Assembly: GCA_964636285.1 (NCBI GenBank)
Contig: CAZWQF010000004.1
Span: forward strand, 67,666 to 131,665
Reading direction: 5' to 3'
DNA: 64,000 nucleotides
Source: an uncultured Candidatus Saccharibacteria bacterium
GTDB taxonomy: Bacteria > Patescibacteriota > WWE3 > UBA101185 > 2-01-FULL-41-18
Shown here: positions 1 to 8,623 of the stretch, piece after piece
Layout of the letters: every line of letters begins with the position of its first letter
How positions within the stretch are numbered: position 1 is the first letter of the stretch
The notes under the pieces: model-generated
What the model saw: only the letters and a program-made list of their open reading frames with translations
Database searches by the model: none
Told to the model about the DNA's origin: nothing
Made by a program: the position numbers and the translations under genes

Positions 1-979
1 CCCAGTTTTATATAAAACGGTTGAAAATCTTCAAAAGCTTCTAATTACTGTTGGGGTTCCTTCAATATTCATTTTGAGCATAATTTTGGCAAATTCACAG
101 GACTGGACTGCAGTTTCAAAGGGAGTTCTTGGTATGGGCGAAGGATATTTTCTTCTTCCCGCAGGAATTTCGATCACATCATTCCTTGCTGCATTAGCCT
201 ATGCAGGAGCAGGCGGAAATTTAAACCTTGCTCAATCCTTCTATATTAAAGAAAAGGGCTACGGAATGGGTAAATATGCAGGGCGAATAACAAGTGTGCT
301 CACAGGAAAGCAGGAGGAAGTTTCTCTCTCTGGATCAACATTTGTTGTGAGTCAAGAAACCAGAAGCAGATTCATGACCTGGTGGAAAAATATAAACATA
401 GAGCACTTTGTAATTTTCTGGTTAACAGGTTCTGTAACGATTGTGTTGCTTGGGCTTCTTTCGTACACAACAACGCATTCAATATCCACTACCCTTTCGG
501 GACTTGATTTTGTATTCCTGGAAGCAGCAGAAATTGGAAAACGAATATTTCCTTTTGCAGGTACATTCTTTTTGCTTGTGGCAGGTTCTACACTGTTTGG
601 AACTCAATTAACCGTGTTTGATGCTACAAGCCGAATATTGACTGAGAACGTGATTCTTTCCTCTTTTGGAAAGCTTACTGAAAAACACATATCAAAGATT
701 TACTATATTGTACTTTGGCTCCAAATTGCAGCGGGGATTGGAATCTTTATGGCAGGGTTTACTCAGCCATTACAGCTATTAACAACAGCTGCGGTGTTAA
801 ATGCTTTTGCAATGTTTGTACACGTTGGACTTACTCTCTGGCTAAACATGACAAGTCTTGAAAAAGCTATTAGGCCATCTGTATTCAGAGTGGTATTCAT
901 GGGAATGGCGTTCTTGTTCTACGGAGGCTTTAGCATTTACACAATCTACACAAGCTGGATCCAACCTTTGTTTAAATAA
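1..979 (+). CDS. 5'-truncated polytopic membrane transporter (open to window start; weak Nramp/SLC11-like resemblance, function uncertain)
   Basis: The frame is open from nt 2 with no stop. The listed TTG at nt 74 is only the ORF-caller start. There are multiple hydrophobic helices. The segment AYAGAGGNLNLAQSFYIKEKG loosely resembles the Nramp TM6 region but lacks the MPH motif. Confidence 0.5.
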   Translation, partial: PVLYKTVENLQKLLITVGVPSIFILSIILANSQDWTAVSKGVLGMGEGYFLLPAGISITSFLAALAYAGAGGNLNLAQSFYIKEKGYGMGKYAGRITSVLTGKQEEVSLSGSTFVVSQETRSRFMTWWKNINIEHFVIFWLTGSVTIVLLGLLSYTTTHSISTTLSGLDFVFLEAAEIGKRIFPFAGTFFLLVAGSTLFGTQLTVFDATSRILTENVILSSFGKLTEKHISKIYYIVLWLQIAAGIGIFMAGFTQPLQLLTTAAVLNAFAMFVHVGLTLWLNMTSLEKAIRPSVFRVVFMGMAFLFYGGFSIYTIYTSWIQPLFK

Positions 980-980
980 C

Positions 981-1090
981 CTGGACGGGTAACGAAAACC
1001 CGCATGGTTAGTGGATATTTATGCAGTTTCTGCATAAATGTGTCCATGTGATTTTCCTGCACCGTTACTGTGTTTTCGTTACCCGTCCAC
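981..1090. repeat. ~110-bp palindromic element between convergent genes
   Basis: TGGACGGGTAACGAAAAC at 982-1000 and its exact reverse complement at 1072-1089 form perfect 17-18-bp terminal inverted repeats. A nested perfect palindrome ATTTATGCAG-ttt-CTGCATAAAT lies at 1038-1060. The same motif family recurs at 4088, 5293, 6669, 59887 and 60126. Confidence 0.7.
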
Positions 1091-1097
1091 ATAAACC

Positions 1098-1664
1098 TTA
1101 CACCCTACAGGAATCATTACTTAAAGACTTCACGCCTAGCCACACCGAATACATAAGCACCACAACAGCTAACACAGACAGCTCCATGCCTTCAAACGGC
1201 AAGGCTACCAAAATGCTGCTACTCAAACCTATTGCAGACAGAGCAGGAACTCCACACGCTGCACAACCCCCAACTACTGCGCCAACAACAGACCCTCCAA
1301 ACGTAAAAGTGGCATGCTTTCCCAGAGCAGACGCTTTTTCCACAAGCAACACTATATTTAAAGCCGTTAACACCCCAGTCACTACCAGAAGCGCAAAACT
1401 CACTGTCTCCATAGATCCACTCAAACCTCTAACAAGCCCAAAAACCAGATTTAATTTCTGCAAAAGAGTCTCTCTGCTACCTGCAAAAGAGTAATAAACA
1501 AGCGAAAAATTCCTCAAAACCGCGGATAAAAGCAGGAATCCTAAAAATACCAATAAAAAGATTGGAACTGCCCTTCTTTTATCCATAGAACAAAAAACCG
1601 CCTTAGCGGATTTTGCCTTGGAATAAGAATTATCAAAAAAGGAACTCATTTGAGGATTATACAA
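1098..1664 (-). CDS. Hypothetical membrane protein with GGCAACG (CxxC) motif in a TM segment
   Basis: 188-aa ORF with signal/TM-like segments and protein-like composition. The overlapping plus-strand ORF 1021..1494 is low-complexity and judged spurious. True start may be the internal Met (MDKRRAVPIFLL). Confidence 0.5.
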   Translation of the reverse strand: MYNPQMSSFFDNSYSKAKSAKAVFCSMDKRRAVPIFLLVFLGFLLLSAVLRNFSLVYYSFAGSRETLLQKLNLVFGLVRGLSGSMETVSFALLVVTGVLTALNIVLLVEKASALGKHATFTFGGSVVGAVVGGCAACGVPALSAIGLSSSILVALPFEGMELSVLAVVVLMYSVWLGVKSLSNDSCRV

Positions 1665-1991
1665 GAGTAGTTGATAATTCGATACCGATTAAGGAACCTA
1701 AAACCAAAAGTAAATTGTCTGGAATTACCTTGGGCGCCCTGGATATAAAAATAAGTCCAGTCCCGAGTGTAACGACTAGCTGAAGCCGTGATCCCCTATA
1801 AACTATTTTGGTTGTCCTCACTCTGTTCCACGGAACAAAAGTATCTGGATTCCCTAGGTTATAAGGTTGAGGAAATCATACAAGGCTTCCATGTCCGACT
1901 ACCTCAGGACGTAACCTTACGGTCATAGATATATTATCAAAATCTAACTGAGAATTCAATGAGTTTTTTAACAAAATATAATAGTAAATTG

Positions 1992-2408
1992 TTACTTACT
2001 TTCTATGGAGTCTTTCTTAACAAAAAATATTGAAAAGGCTACCAAAAACCACCCACTCGCCTGCATCATGATAGGTAAAAGCTTACTAAATAACAGATCC
2101 CCTACGTTAAATTTTCTAGTTGCGGGGTCAACCAGTATAAGTTCCGTAACATTCTCTCTCACATGAGGAATTAAATGCTTTGTATATTCGAATTCAAAAG
2201 TAAGAATCAAAAAACCAAGAGTTAATAAAACATAAAATCTTGAAGGCTTTAAAATGCTTCTGATAAAGCACAAAACAGTAAAAATACCAAAATAAAAAAG
2301 CTCCCAATTATGCGAATAAAAACTGTAAAATGTATTGATCAGATTTATTAAAATTTGCATAACTACCGTGACTTTCTGCAACGAACCCTGCGAAGTGCTT
2401 ATTGCCAC
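1992..2408 (-). CDS. Hypothetical small membrane protein
   Basis: 138-aa ORF with 3-4 hydrophobic helices, directly downstream (same strand) of the M50 protease gene. Confidence 0.4.
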   Translation of the reverse strand: MAISTSQGSLQKVTVVMQILINLINTFYSFYSHNWELFYFGIFTVLCFIRSILKPSRFYVLLTLGFLILTFEFEYTKHLIPHVRENVTELILVDPATRKFNVGDLLFSKLLPIMMQASGWFLVAFSIFFVKKDSIESK

Positions 2409-2414
2409 CCCATA

Positions 2415-3086
2415 TCAAAACAAAAGCTTCATTACAATGTTAACCGGCACCGAAACAAGCCTTTCGGACAATGTGCTTCCCCCTATCGGAACCAAAATTA
2501 CAAAAATCAACATATACATTCCGTATTGAGCAAGCTCAGACCATTGAAGCGCCAAGTCCCTTGGCAAAAGCCCCCAAACAACTTTAAAACCATCCAATGG
2601 GTTTATTGGAATCAAGTTAAAAAACCCAAGCACAAGATTAATTCTTGCGGCTACAAAGAACAATGGAGCCACAATCCCCACAAGTGGACTTCCAAACCCT
2701 ACTCTAAGCACAGCTTCGTGTAAAAAGGCAAAAAGTATTGCAAAAAGGAAGTTACTCACGGGACCTGCCAGAGCAGTCAAAGAAGTATAAAGCCTAGGAT
2801 TGGCAAAGTAATTTGGGTTAAAGGGTACAGGTTTTGCCCACCCGAATCCAGTAAAAGCTAAAAGTGCTGATCCTATTGGATCAAGATGCGCCAAAGGATT
2901 TAAAGTTAGCCTGCCCATAGCTTTTGGTGTTGGATCTCCAAGCCTGTCAGCAATGAAAGCGTGAGCAAATTCGTGCACGGTGAGGCACAGAACTAAAAGC
3001 CCAAAAGTGATTAAAAACATGATTATTCCGGTAATCGGCCCATAAGACGAAAGGAATTCGAATATCATTGCATTAAATAATACCAC
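2415..3086 (-). CDS. Site-2 protease family (peptidase M50) membrane metalloprotease
   Basis: HEFAHA (HExxH) motif inside a TM helix, multi-TM protein, LDG-like downstream motif (NPLDG). Confidence 0.8.
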   Translation of the reverse strand: MVLFNAMIFEFLSSYGPITGIIMFLITFGLLVLCLTVHEFAHAFIADRLGDPTPKAMGRLTLNPLAHLDPIGSALLAFTGFGWAKPVPFNPNYFANPRLYTSLTALAGPVSNFLFAILFAFLHEAVLRVGFGSPLVGIVAPLFFVAARINLVLGFFNLIPINPLDGFKVVWGLLPRDLALQWSELAQYGMYMLIFVILVPIGGSTLSERLVSVPVNIVMKLLF

Positions 3087-3222
3087 ACACCCGTTGCCTT
3101 TTCCCTTTCGTAACCAATGTTTTAGTGGACTGGTTTTTTAATTAGTGCTAGAATCTCAGGGTCACAATTACTTACAATTAAGCCTAAATCCAGTTAAGAT
3201 ATTGTAGGTTTGACTAAAGTTT

Positions 3223-3399
3223 ATGATAGGATTTATTAAAGACTCGTATTACGAGCTTCTCAAGGTAAACTGGCCCACAAAAGACCAGACAGTTCGCTTG
3301 ACGCGATATGTAATAGGTGTTAGTTTAGTCGTCGGCGTCTATGTAGCAATATTGGACGCTGTTTTTAATTTAGGGCTTAAAAACCTTATAATCAAATAA
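3223..3399 (+). CDS. secE: Preprotein translocase subunit SecE (58 aa, absent from the ORF track because it is under 60 aa)
   Basis: Hand translation gives MIGFIKDSYYELLKVNWPTKDQTVRLTRYVIGVSLVVGVYVAILDAVFNLGLKNLIIK. It has the KVxWP motif and one C-terminal TM helix, and sits immediately 5' of nusG in the canonical synteny. Confidence 0.8.
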   Translation: MIGFIKDSYYELLKVNWPTKDQTVRLTRYVIGVSLVVGVYVAILDAVFNLGLKNLIIK

Positions 3400-3401
3400 T
3401 T

Positions 3402-4004
3402 ATGGATGAGCAAAAAAAAGAGCCACAAGTAGAAGCACTTCAGGATAAGGGAGTTTTAATCATATCTGAGGTTGAAAACGAAAAAGCCAGATGGTATGTG
3501 GTTCATACATACTCAGGCCATGAAAACAAAGTTGCTATAGCATTAAAGCAAAGAGTTGAATCTTATGGTTACCAGGACAAAATTTTAAAGGTCCTAGTCC
3601 CCTCTCAAGAAAAAATTGTTATTTCAGAAGGTAAAAAAAGAAAAGTTGACGAGCGAATTTTCCCAGGCTACATTCTTGTAAACATGGAAATGGGAGATGA
3701 TACATGGCATGTTGTCAGATCAACATCAGGAGTTACAGGATTTGTAGGAACTGGCGCAACACCAACAGCCCTTCCAGAAGCCGAGGTTAAATCCATCATG
3801 AAATTCATGAAGATGGAGGCTCCAAAGTTTGAAGCCAAATTCAAAGTTGGAGATTCAGTTAAGATTGTTGATGGACCATTTACAGACTTCCTTGGTAAAG
3901 TTGACGAGGTCAATGACGAACAAGGTAAAGTAAAGGTTCTCATCTCAGTCTTTGGAAGAGAAACCCCAATGGAGCTCGACTTTTTGCAGGTAATCCCACT
4001 TTAA
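3402..4004 (+). CDS. nusG: Transcription termination/antitermination factor NusG
   Basis: NGN domain followed by a C-terminal KOW motif (FKVGDSVKIVDGPFTDFLGKV...). Follows secE. Confidence 0.9.
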   Translation: MDEQKKEPQVEALQDKGVLIISEVENEKARWYVVHTYSGHENKVAIALKQRVESYGYQDKILKVLVPSQEKIVISEGKKRKVDERIFPGYILVNMEMGDDTWHVVRSTSGVTGFVGTGATPTALPEAEVKSIMKFMKMEAPKFEAKFKVGDSVKIVDGPFTDFLGKVDEVNDEQGKVKVLISVFGRETPMELDFLQVIPL

Positions 4005-4087
4005 GCCGGCTCAGGAAACGAGGTCATGCTTCTAGACCTCTCATCCAAACTCTTACAAAGAAAGGGTTCCAAGTATTGATTTTAGTG

Positions 4088-4107
4088 CCCGGGAGACTAA
4101 AACCCGC
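4088..4107 (+). repeat. Single copy of dispersed motif CCCGGGAGACTAAAACCCGC in the rplK leader
   Basis: Exact 20-mer shared with 5293-5312 and 59887-59906; lies 25 nt upstream of rplK start. Confidence 0.7.
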
Positions 4108-4131
4108 GCTACTAAAGGAAATTTTAAGTAT

Positions 4132-4560
4132 ATGGCAGCAAAGAAATTAAAAGCACTAGTTAAACTAAACATACAAGCAGGTAAGGCTACCCCAGCACCT
4201 CCAGTAGGACCAGCACTTGGTCAGCACGGAGTTCCTTTGATGGAATTCTGTAAGGAGTTCAACGCAAGGACCTCAAAGATGGGAGACGATATTGTTCCTA
4301 TTATTATTTCGGTTTATGATGACAGATCTTTCACTTTCATCACCAAAACCCCACCTGCATCTTCCCTACTTGTTAAGGCAGCAGGTATTCCAAAAGGTTC
4401 AGGCAAACCAAATAAAGAAAAAGTAGGAGTAGTCACAAAAGCACAGGTTTCTGAGATTGCTGAGAGAAAAATGAAGGATTTAAATGCAAGGACCATTGAA
4501 GCTGCAATGAAAATAGTAGAAGGAACAGCAAGATCAATGGGAATTACTGTAAAGGAATAA
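4132..4560 (+). CDS. rplK: 50S ribosomal protein L11
   Basis: Conserved N-terminus [34 protein letters not shown]; 142 aa. Confidence 0.95.
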   Translation: MAAKKLKALVKLNIQAGKATPAPPVGPALGQHGVPLMEFCKEFNARTSKMGDDIVPIIISVYDDRSFTFITKTPPASSLLVKAAGIPKGSGKPNKEKVGVVTKAQVSEIAERKMKDLNARTIEAAMKIVEGTARSMGITVKE

Positions 4561-4561
4561 T

Positions 4562-5278
4562 ATGGCAAAAGAAACAAAAAAAGCTAAAAAGGGCGATGAG
4601 CTAAAGTCAAAAAAACACCAAATTGCTTCCAAAGTTGTGGATGCAGAAAAGGTGTACACACTTGATGAAGCACTAGACCTTGTTAAAAAATCATCTTACA
4701 CAAAGTTTGATGGTACTGTTGAGCTCCATATCAATCTTGATATAGACATCAAAAAGCCAGATCAAACTCTCAGAACCACAACTTCTCTTCCACACGGAAC
4801 AGGTAAAACTCTTAAGGTTGCAGCCTTCTCCGCTGTTGAGGTAAAAGGCGCAGATCTTTCTTTAAACGAAGAAGGAATCGCCCAAATCGAACAGAACAAA
4901 ATTAAGCCTGGAATCGACTTTGAGGCAGTTTGCGCTGACCCTTCGTTCATGCCAAAACTCACAAAGATTGCAAGAATTCTTGGTCCTAGAGGAATGATGC
5001 CAAATCCAAAGACAGGCACCGTTTCTACAGATCTTGTTAAAGTTGTAGCTGAGCTTAAAAAAGGCAAGGTTGAGCTTAGAAACGAAGCCAACGCACCTAT
5101 CATCCACACAAAGATTGGAAAAGTAAGCTTTTCAAAGGAAGCTTTGGTTGAAAACTACAACGAAATCTTCAAGACTTTAAGAGCTAACAGGCCACAAAAA
5201 GCAGGAACAGGCTGGATCAAGTCAGCATTCATTGCTTCAACAATGGGCCCATCCATTCAGGTGGCTATTGAAGCCTAA
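4562..5278 (+). CDS. rplA: 50S ribosomal protein L1
   Basis: 238 aa, L1 signatures (TLRTTTSLPHGTGK), translationally coupled to rplK. Confidence 0.95.
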   Translation: MAKETKKAKKGDELKSKKHQIASKVVDAEKVYTLDEALDLVKKSSYTKFDGTVELHINLDIDIKKPDQTLRTTTSLPHGTGKTLKVAAFSAVEVKGADLSLNEEGIAQIEQNKIKPGIDFEAVCADPSFMPKLTKIARILGPRGMMPNPKTGTVSTDLVKVVAELKKGKVELRNEANAPIIHTKIGKVSFSKEALVENYNEIFKTLRANRPQKAGTGWIKSAFIASTMGPSIQVAIEA

Positions 5279-5290
5279 CCCCCGTTATTC

Positions 5291-5456
5291 TGCCCGGGAG
5301 ACTAAAACCCGCATTGTTAAAGGAAAATCCCGAGGGTAAAACCTCGGGATTTTTGGTAGTTGTTTGTTCATACCTCTACCTTAACTGAAGCAAAGCTATG
5401 AACAGTGCGTTTTATTCTCCCGGGCAGTTTATTTGACAAAACCCCACCCCTCTAAT
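5291..5456. repeat. Inverted-pair element of the dispersed motif, flanking an intrinsic terminator (rplA 3' end / rplJ leader)
   Basis: CTGCCCGGGAGACTAAAAC at 5291-5309, and its near reverse complement GTTTTATTCTCCCGGGCAG at 5437-5456. Confidence 0.6.
5326..5356 (+). terminator. Rho-independent terminator after rplA
   Basis: TCCCGAGG-gtaaaa-CCTCGGGA stem followed by TTTTT. Confidence 0.75.
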
Positions 5457-5658
5457 ACAATCGTGAAGTTCCTAAGATAGTAAGGTGTCAAAACATAAAG
5501 TTTTGAATTAAATAGTTTAAAGGATTGGCCTACTGAGGAAACAATAGCTTAAGACACTAGTCCACGATAAATCAAGGGCATGTGTAACGCGCAAAAACGG
5601 GTTCCTATTCGTTTTTCATATTCTCCCCTATTGTTATTCTCACAAAGCTTAAAAATAG

Positions 5659-6186
5659 ATGCCAAACAAGAAAAATATCAAAGACGTATCAATGCTTAAA
5701 GAGAAAGTTGCAAAAGCAAAGTCTTTTTACTTTGTTGACTACAAAGGTCTTAAGTCAGTTGATGCTGATAACCTTAGAGCCAAACTTTCCGAAGAAGGCG
5801 CAGAAGTTGAAGTTGCCAAAAACACTTTAATGGAAGTAGCCATGAGAGAGCATGGAATTGACACTACAGTGGCCAAGGAAAATCTTAAAGGCTCAATGAT
5901 GACCATCTTTGCATATAACGATGCAGTCTCCCCTCTTAAAAAGCTTTACGAGTTTGCAAAGACCGTAAACATCCCAACAATGAAGCTTGGATTTGTAGAT
6001 GGAAGATTCTACTCCGCAACCGAAGTAGAAACGCTCAGCAAACTCCCATCAAGAAACGAGCTTATTGCAAGAGTTCTTGCAGGATTTAACACACCTATTT
6101 CAGGCTTTGTTAATGTCCTTTCTGGAACAAAGAAAAATCTAGTATATGCATTAAAGGCTGTTGCGGATAAGAAACAGGCTAACTAA
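5659..6186 (+). CDS. rplJ: 50S ribosomal protein L10
   Basis: 175 aa, L10 family composition; preceded by a ~370-nt leader. Confidence 0.9.
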   Translation: MPNKKNIKDVSMLKEKVAKAKSFYFVDYKGLKSVDADNLRAKLSEEGAEVEVAKNTLMEVAMREHGIDTTVAKENLKGSMMTIFAYNDAVSPLKKLYEFAKTVNIPTMKLGFVDGRFYSATEVETLSKLPSRNELIARVLAGFNTPISGFVNVLSGTKKNLVYALKAVADKKQAN

Positions 6187-6265
6187 CGTTTGGCTGGGAA
6201 CGGCCGAGCATAAGCTTGGTCTCATTCTTAATCGCAGTAGTAAATTTTAGAAGGAGGTGTCAAAA

Positions 6266-6655
6266 ATGGCAGATTTATCAACAAACGCAACAAAAGTAAT
6301 GGAGCTTGTAGAGGGCATGACAGTCCTTGAGCTTAACGACTTAGTAAAGGCTCTTGAAGAAAAGTTCGGAGTCTCAGCTTCAGCACCAGTAATGATGGCA
6401 GCTGCACCAGCAGCAGGACCAGCAGAACCAGTTGAAGAGAAAACACAGTTTGATGTGGTTCTTGAAAACGCAGGAGCAAACAAGATCAACGTAATTAAGG
6501 CTGTAAGAGAAATCAACCAGGCACTTGGACTTGTAGAAGCCAAGAACCTAGTAGAAGCAGCACCAAAGGCTGTTCTTGAAGGAGCAAAGAAAGAAGCAGC
6601 AGAGATTGCAAAGAAGAAGCTTGAGGAAGCAGGCGCAAAAGTCACCCTTAAGTAA
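6266..6655 (+). CDS. rplL: 50S ribosomal protein L7/L12
   Basis: Ala-rich hinge then conserved C-terminal domain ([25 protein letters not shown]). AAGGAGG sits 8 nt upstream of the ATG at 6266. The ORF-track start at 6257 (GTG) overlaps the RBS and is rejected. Confidence 0.95.
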   Translation: MADLSTNATKVMELVEGMTVLELNDLVKALEEKFGVSASAPVMMAAAPAAGPAEPVEEKTQFDVVLENAGANKINVIKAVREINQALGLVEAKNLVEAAPKAVLEGAKKEAAEIAKKKLEEAGAKVTLK

Positions 6656-6668
6656 TTCTAATTTCTGT

Positions 6669-6690
6669 GGACGGGTAACAAAAACCCGCA
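6669..6690 (+). repeat. Single copy of motif variant GGACGGGTAACAAAAACCCGCA immediately after the rplL stop
   Basis: Same variant as 983-1004; followed by ACTGTTAAAG as in copy 5293. Confidence 0.7.
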
Positions 6691-6717
6691 CTGTTAAAGC
6701 AAAGTTACGATCAAAGA

Positions 6718-6747
6718 AAAACCCCGTCGAAAGGCGGGGTTTTTGGT
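6718..6747 (+). terminator. Rho-independent terminator after rplL
   Basis: AAAAACCCCGTC-gaaag-GCGGGG followed by TTTTT. Confidence 0.7.
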
Positions 6748-7528
6748 ATTTGAATTCAGAGCAAGAATCTTATATACCTTAATAGTGAAGTTTTACAGTT
6801 TATTCCATGATGTTGAAGTGGATAATAGCAAGCTAATCCTTGAGAAGCATGGGGCAGATATTGGAAATCTAATGTTGCTGTTAAATTTATTTTTAGACAG
6901 AATTAATTTACTAAATGGGAAAATAAAAAGCGATGAATACCCATCCTCAACAATCCTAGACATCGCAATTCAAAATATACAACTTTGTGGCAACGCCATG
7001 ATTTTATTCACTCAAGGATATCTTAGAACCACATACATTCTAAATCGAGTTATTGCCGAACAAACTATCCTATCAATGTTTTTTGATGAATTCCCTGATA
7101 AGGAGAGAGAATATGCAACTTTAAACTATAGAGATTTCTTTCGTGACCAGAAGATGGAGGAAATTGTTAAAAGAATTGATAAAGTAGGAGTCAAATATAA
7201 GAGGGGCGAAGGAAAACAATGGTATAAAAGTTTATTTGTGCCCCTCTATAAAGAGCATTCACGCTCAGTGCATTTAGATCTTGATTTTCTGTCTAATATT
7301 CAATGGGATGAAAATATGCAAATCTCCCGCATTACACCCATGTTCCCTAATGAAAAAGCAACACTGGCAACTATGCTTATACTATATCAGTTAACTCTAA
7401 CTGCACTTAACGCATTTGAAACCCATTTCAACAAAGCCTTGCCAGAATTTACAGCTGAGCAGGAAGAAATTTTTCCTCGAGTTATAGAAATAGTAAATAA
7501 ATTAAACCTCAAGCTGAAGTCTAGCTAA
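6743..7528 (+). CDS. Hypothetical protein occupying the position where rpoB would normally follow rplL (start uncertain)
   Basis: 261-aa ORF, but its 5' end overlaps the rplL terminator, so the true start is probably an internal Met (~6870). No recognisable motif. Confidence 0.45.
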   Translation: MVFEFRARILYTLIVKFYSLFHDVEVDNSKLILEKHGADIGNLMLLLNLFLDRINLLNGKIKSDEYPSSTILDIAIQNIQLCGNAMILFTQGYLRTTYILNRVIAEQTILSMFFDEFPDKEREYATLNYRDFFRDQKMEEIVKRIDKVGVKYKRGEGKQWYKSLFVPLYKEHSRSVHLDLDFLSNIQWDENMQISRITPMFPNEKATLATMLILYQLTLTALNAFETHFNKALPEFTAEQEEIFPRVIEIVNKLNLKLKSS

Positions 7529-8621
7529 CAATATTTTCCCTCAAAAGCTTAGCGGCATCTTCTGGTGAAGCTTTATCGTTCACCCAAATCCCCGCTCCAA
7601 GCTCCAGAGCTCCAAACACCTTCAAATGAGGCAAAAAGCCCACGTGCCAGTGGAAAGGATCGTACCTTTGCGTTCTTATCCAAAAGTTTCTATCTGGATA
7701 GTTAAAAGCCTTCCCATAAATCTGCAAAAGCTTCTTCAAAACCACCGCAAAGTCATTTATCTCAGGCTCATCAATCATTCCAAAGTTTGGCCTGTGCGTC
7801 TTTGGCGTGAGCCTTACCTCATACGGCCACCTTGAAGCTTTTGGCGTAATAGCAACAAAATGTGTGCTTTCAATAACTACCCTGCTCTTATTTGGATCGG
7901 TCTCAGCCACTGCATCCTTAATCTCATCGCACCAATAACATGTATTGTGCTCGTCATAATACCTTAAAGCTGATTCTTTCTCTTTTTGCGTAGTTCCAGG
8001 AAAACCTTTCAAAGCAACTATTTGCGAATGGGGATGGTCAAGCGAAGCCCCTGCTTTATGTCCTCTGTTGTTAAAAATGAAGACCTCTTTATCCTCATTT
8101 GTGTGAGCATGAAGCCTATTAAGGTACGCTCGAACAATTCTTGTAACCTGTTCGTTTGAAAGCTCATCTATATCTTTGTTCGAATCTGGGCTGTGGATCA
8201 CAACCTCATGATCCCCTATTATAGGGTACTTGTTTGCAATCACCCTAACATTCCAGTCATCAGCATCCTGATAAAGTGCTGGAGGCGTTAAGTGTTCATT
8301 ACCCTTTGCAAAGAAGTCAATCTTGGGTTTTGGTTGACTAGCCGATTGTGCACCATTTTGCGAATTTGCAGCACTCCCCTGATCTTGACCTGTAGCGTTA
8401 TTACTATTGCTTGTTACCTTACTTGCGTCTTCTAATGAAATTTCTGAGACTTTCACACCATTTGGAACTGGAACAGTTGGCTGAGAAACAGTGTTTTGTG
8501 AATTATTTGAAGCGGGGGTTCCGTTTGTTCCCACCGCACCTGTCTGATCAGGTCTTTTTGACCTATCTGTAGATAAAATTGTTGGATCGCCTGTTAATGG
8601 ATCAAAAATAAAAGAACCCAT
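7521..8621 (-). CDS. GalT-like hexose-1-phosphate uridylyl/adenylyl-transferase (HIT superfamily, HPHSQ motif) with low-complexity N-proximal insertion
   Basis: N-terminus FDPLTGDPTILSTDRSKRP matches the GalT N-terminus (NPLTGxWxLVSxHRxKRP). The HxHxQ active-site motif is HPHSQI. A ~75-aa S/N/Q/T-rich insert lies where the GalT zinc CxxC loop normally sits, leaving IDFFAKGNEHL in place of DCFLCAGN. Confidence 0.75.
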   Translation of the reverse strand: MGSFIFDPLTGDPTILSTDRSKRPDQTGAVGTNGTPASNNSQNTVSQPTVPVPNGVKVSEISLEDASKVTSNSNNATGQDQGSAANSQNGAQSASQPKPKIDFFAKGNEHLTPPALYQDADDWNVRVIANKYPIIGDHEVVIHSPDSNKDIDELSNEQVTRIVRAYLNRLHAHTNEDKEVFIFNNRGHKAGASLDHPHSQIVALKGFPGTTQKEKESALRYYDEHNTCYWCDEIKDAVAETDPNKSRVVIESTHFVAITPKASRWPYEVRLTPKTHRPNFGMIDEPEINDFAVVLKKLLQIYGKAFNYPDRNFWIRTQRYDPFHWHVGFLPHLKVFGALELGAGIWVNDKASPEDAAKLLRENIVS

Positions 8622-8623
8622 AT

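Noticed and set aside
1021-1494. Plus-strand 157-aa ORF
   Set aside because: It starts inside the palindromic intergenic element. It is T/P-rich and low-complexity, and overlaps the more protein-like minus-strand membrane ORF 1098..1664.
6257-6265. GTG start for rplL proposed by the ORF track
   Set aside because: The GTG overlaps the AAGGAGG ribosome-binding site. The ATG at 6266 has ideal SD spacing and gives the canonical MADLS... L7/L12 N-terminus.
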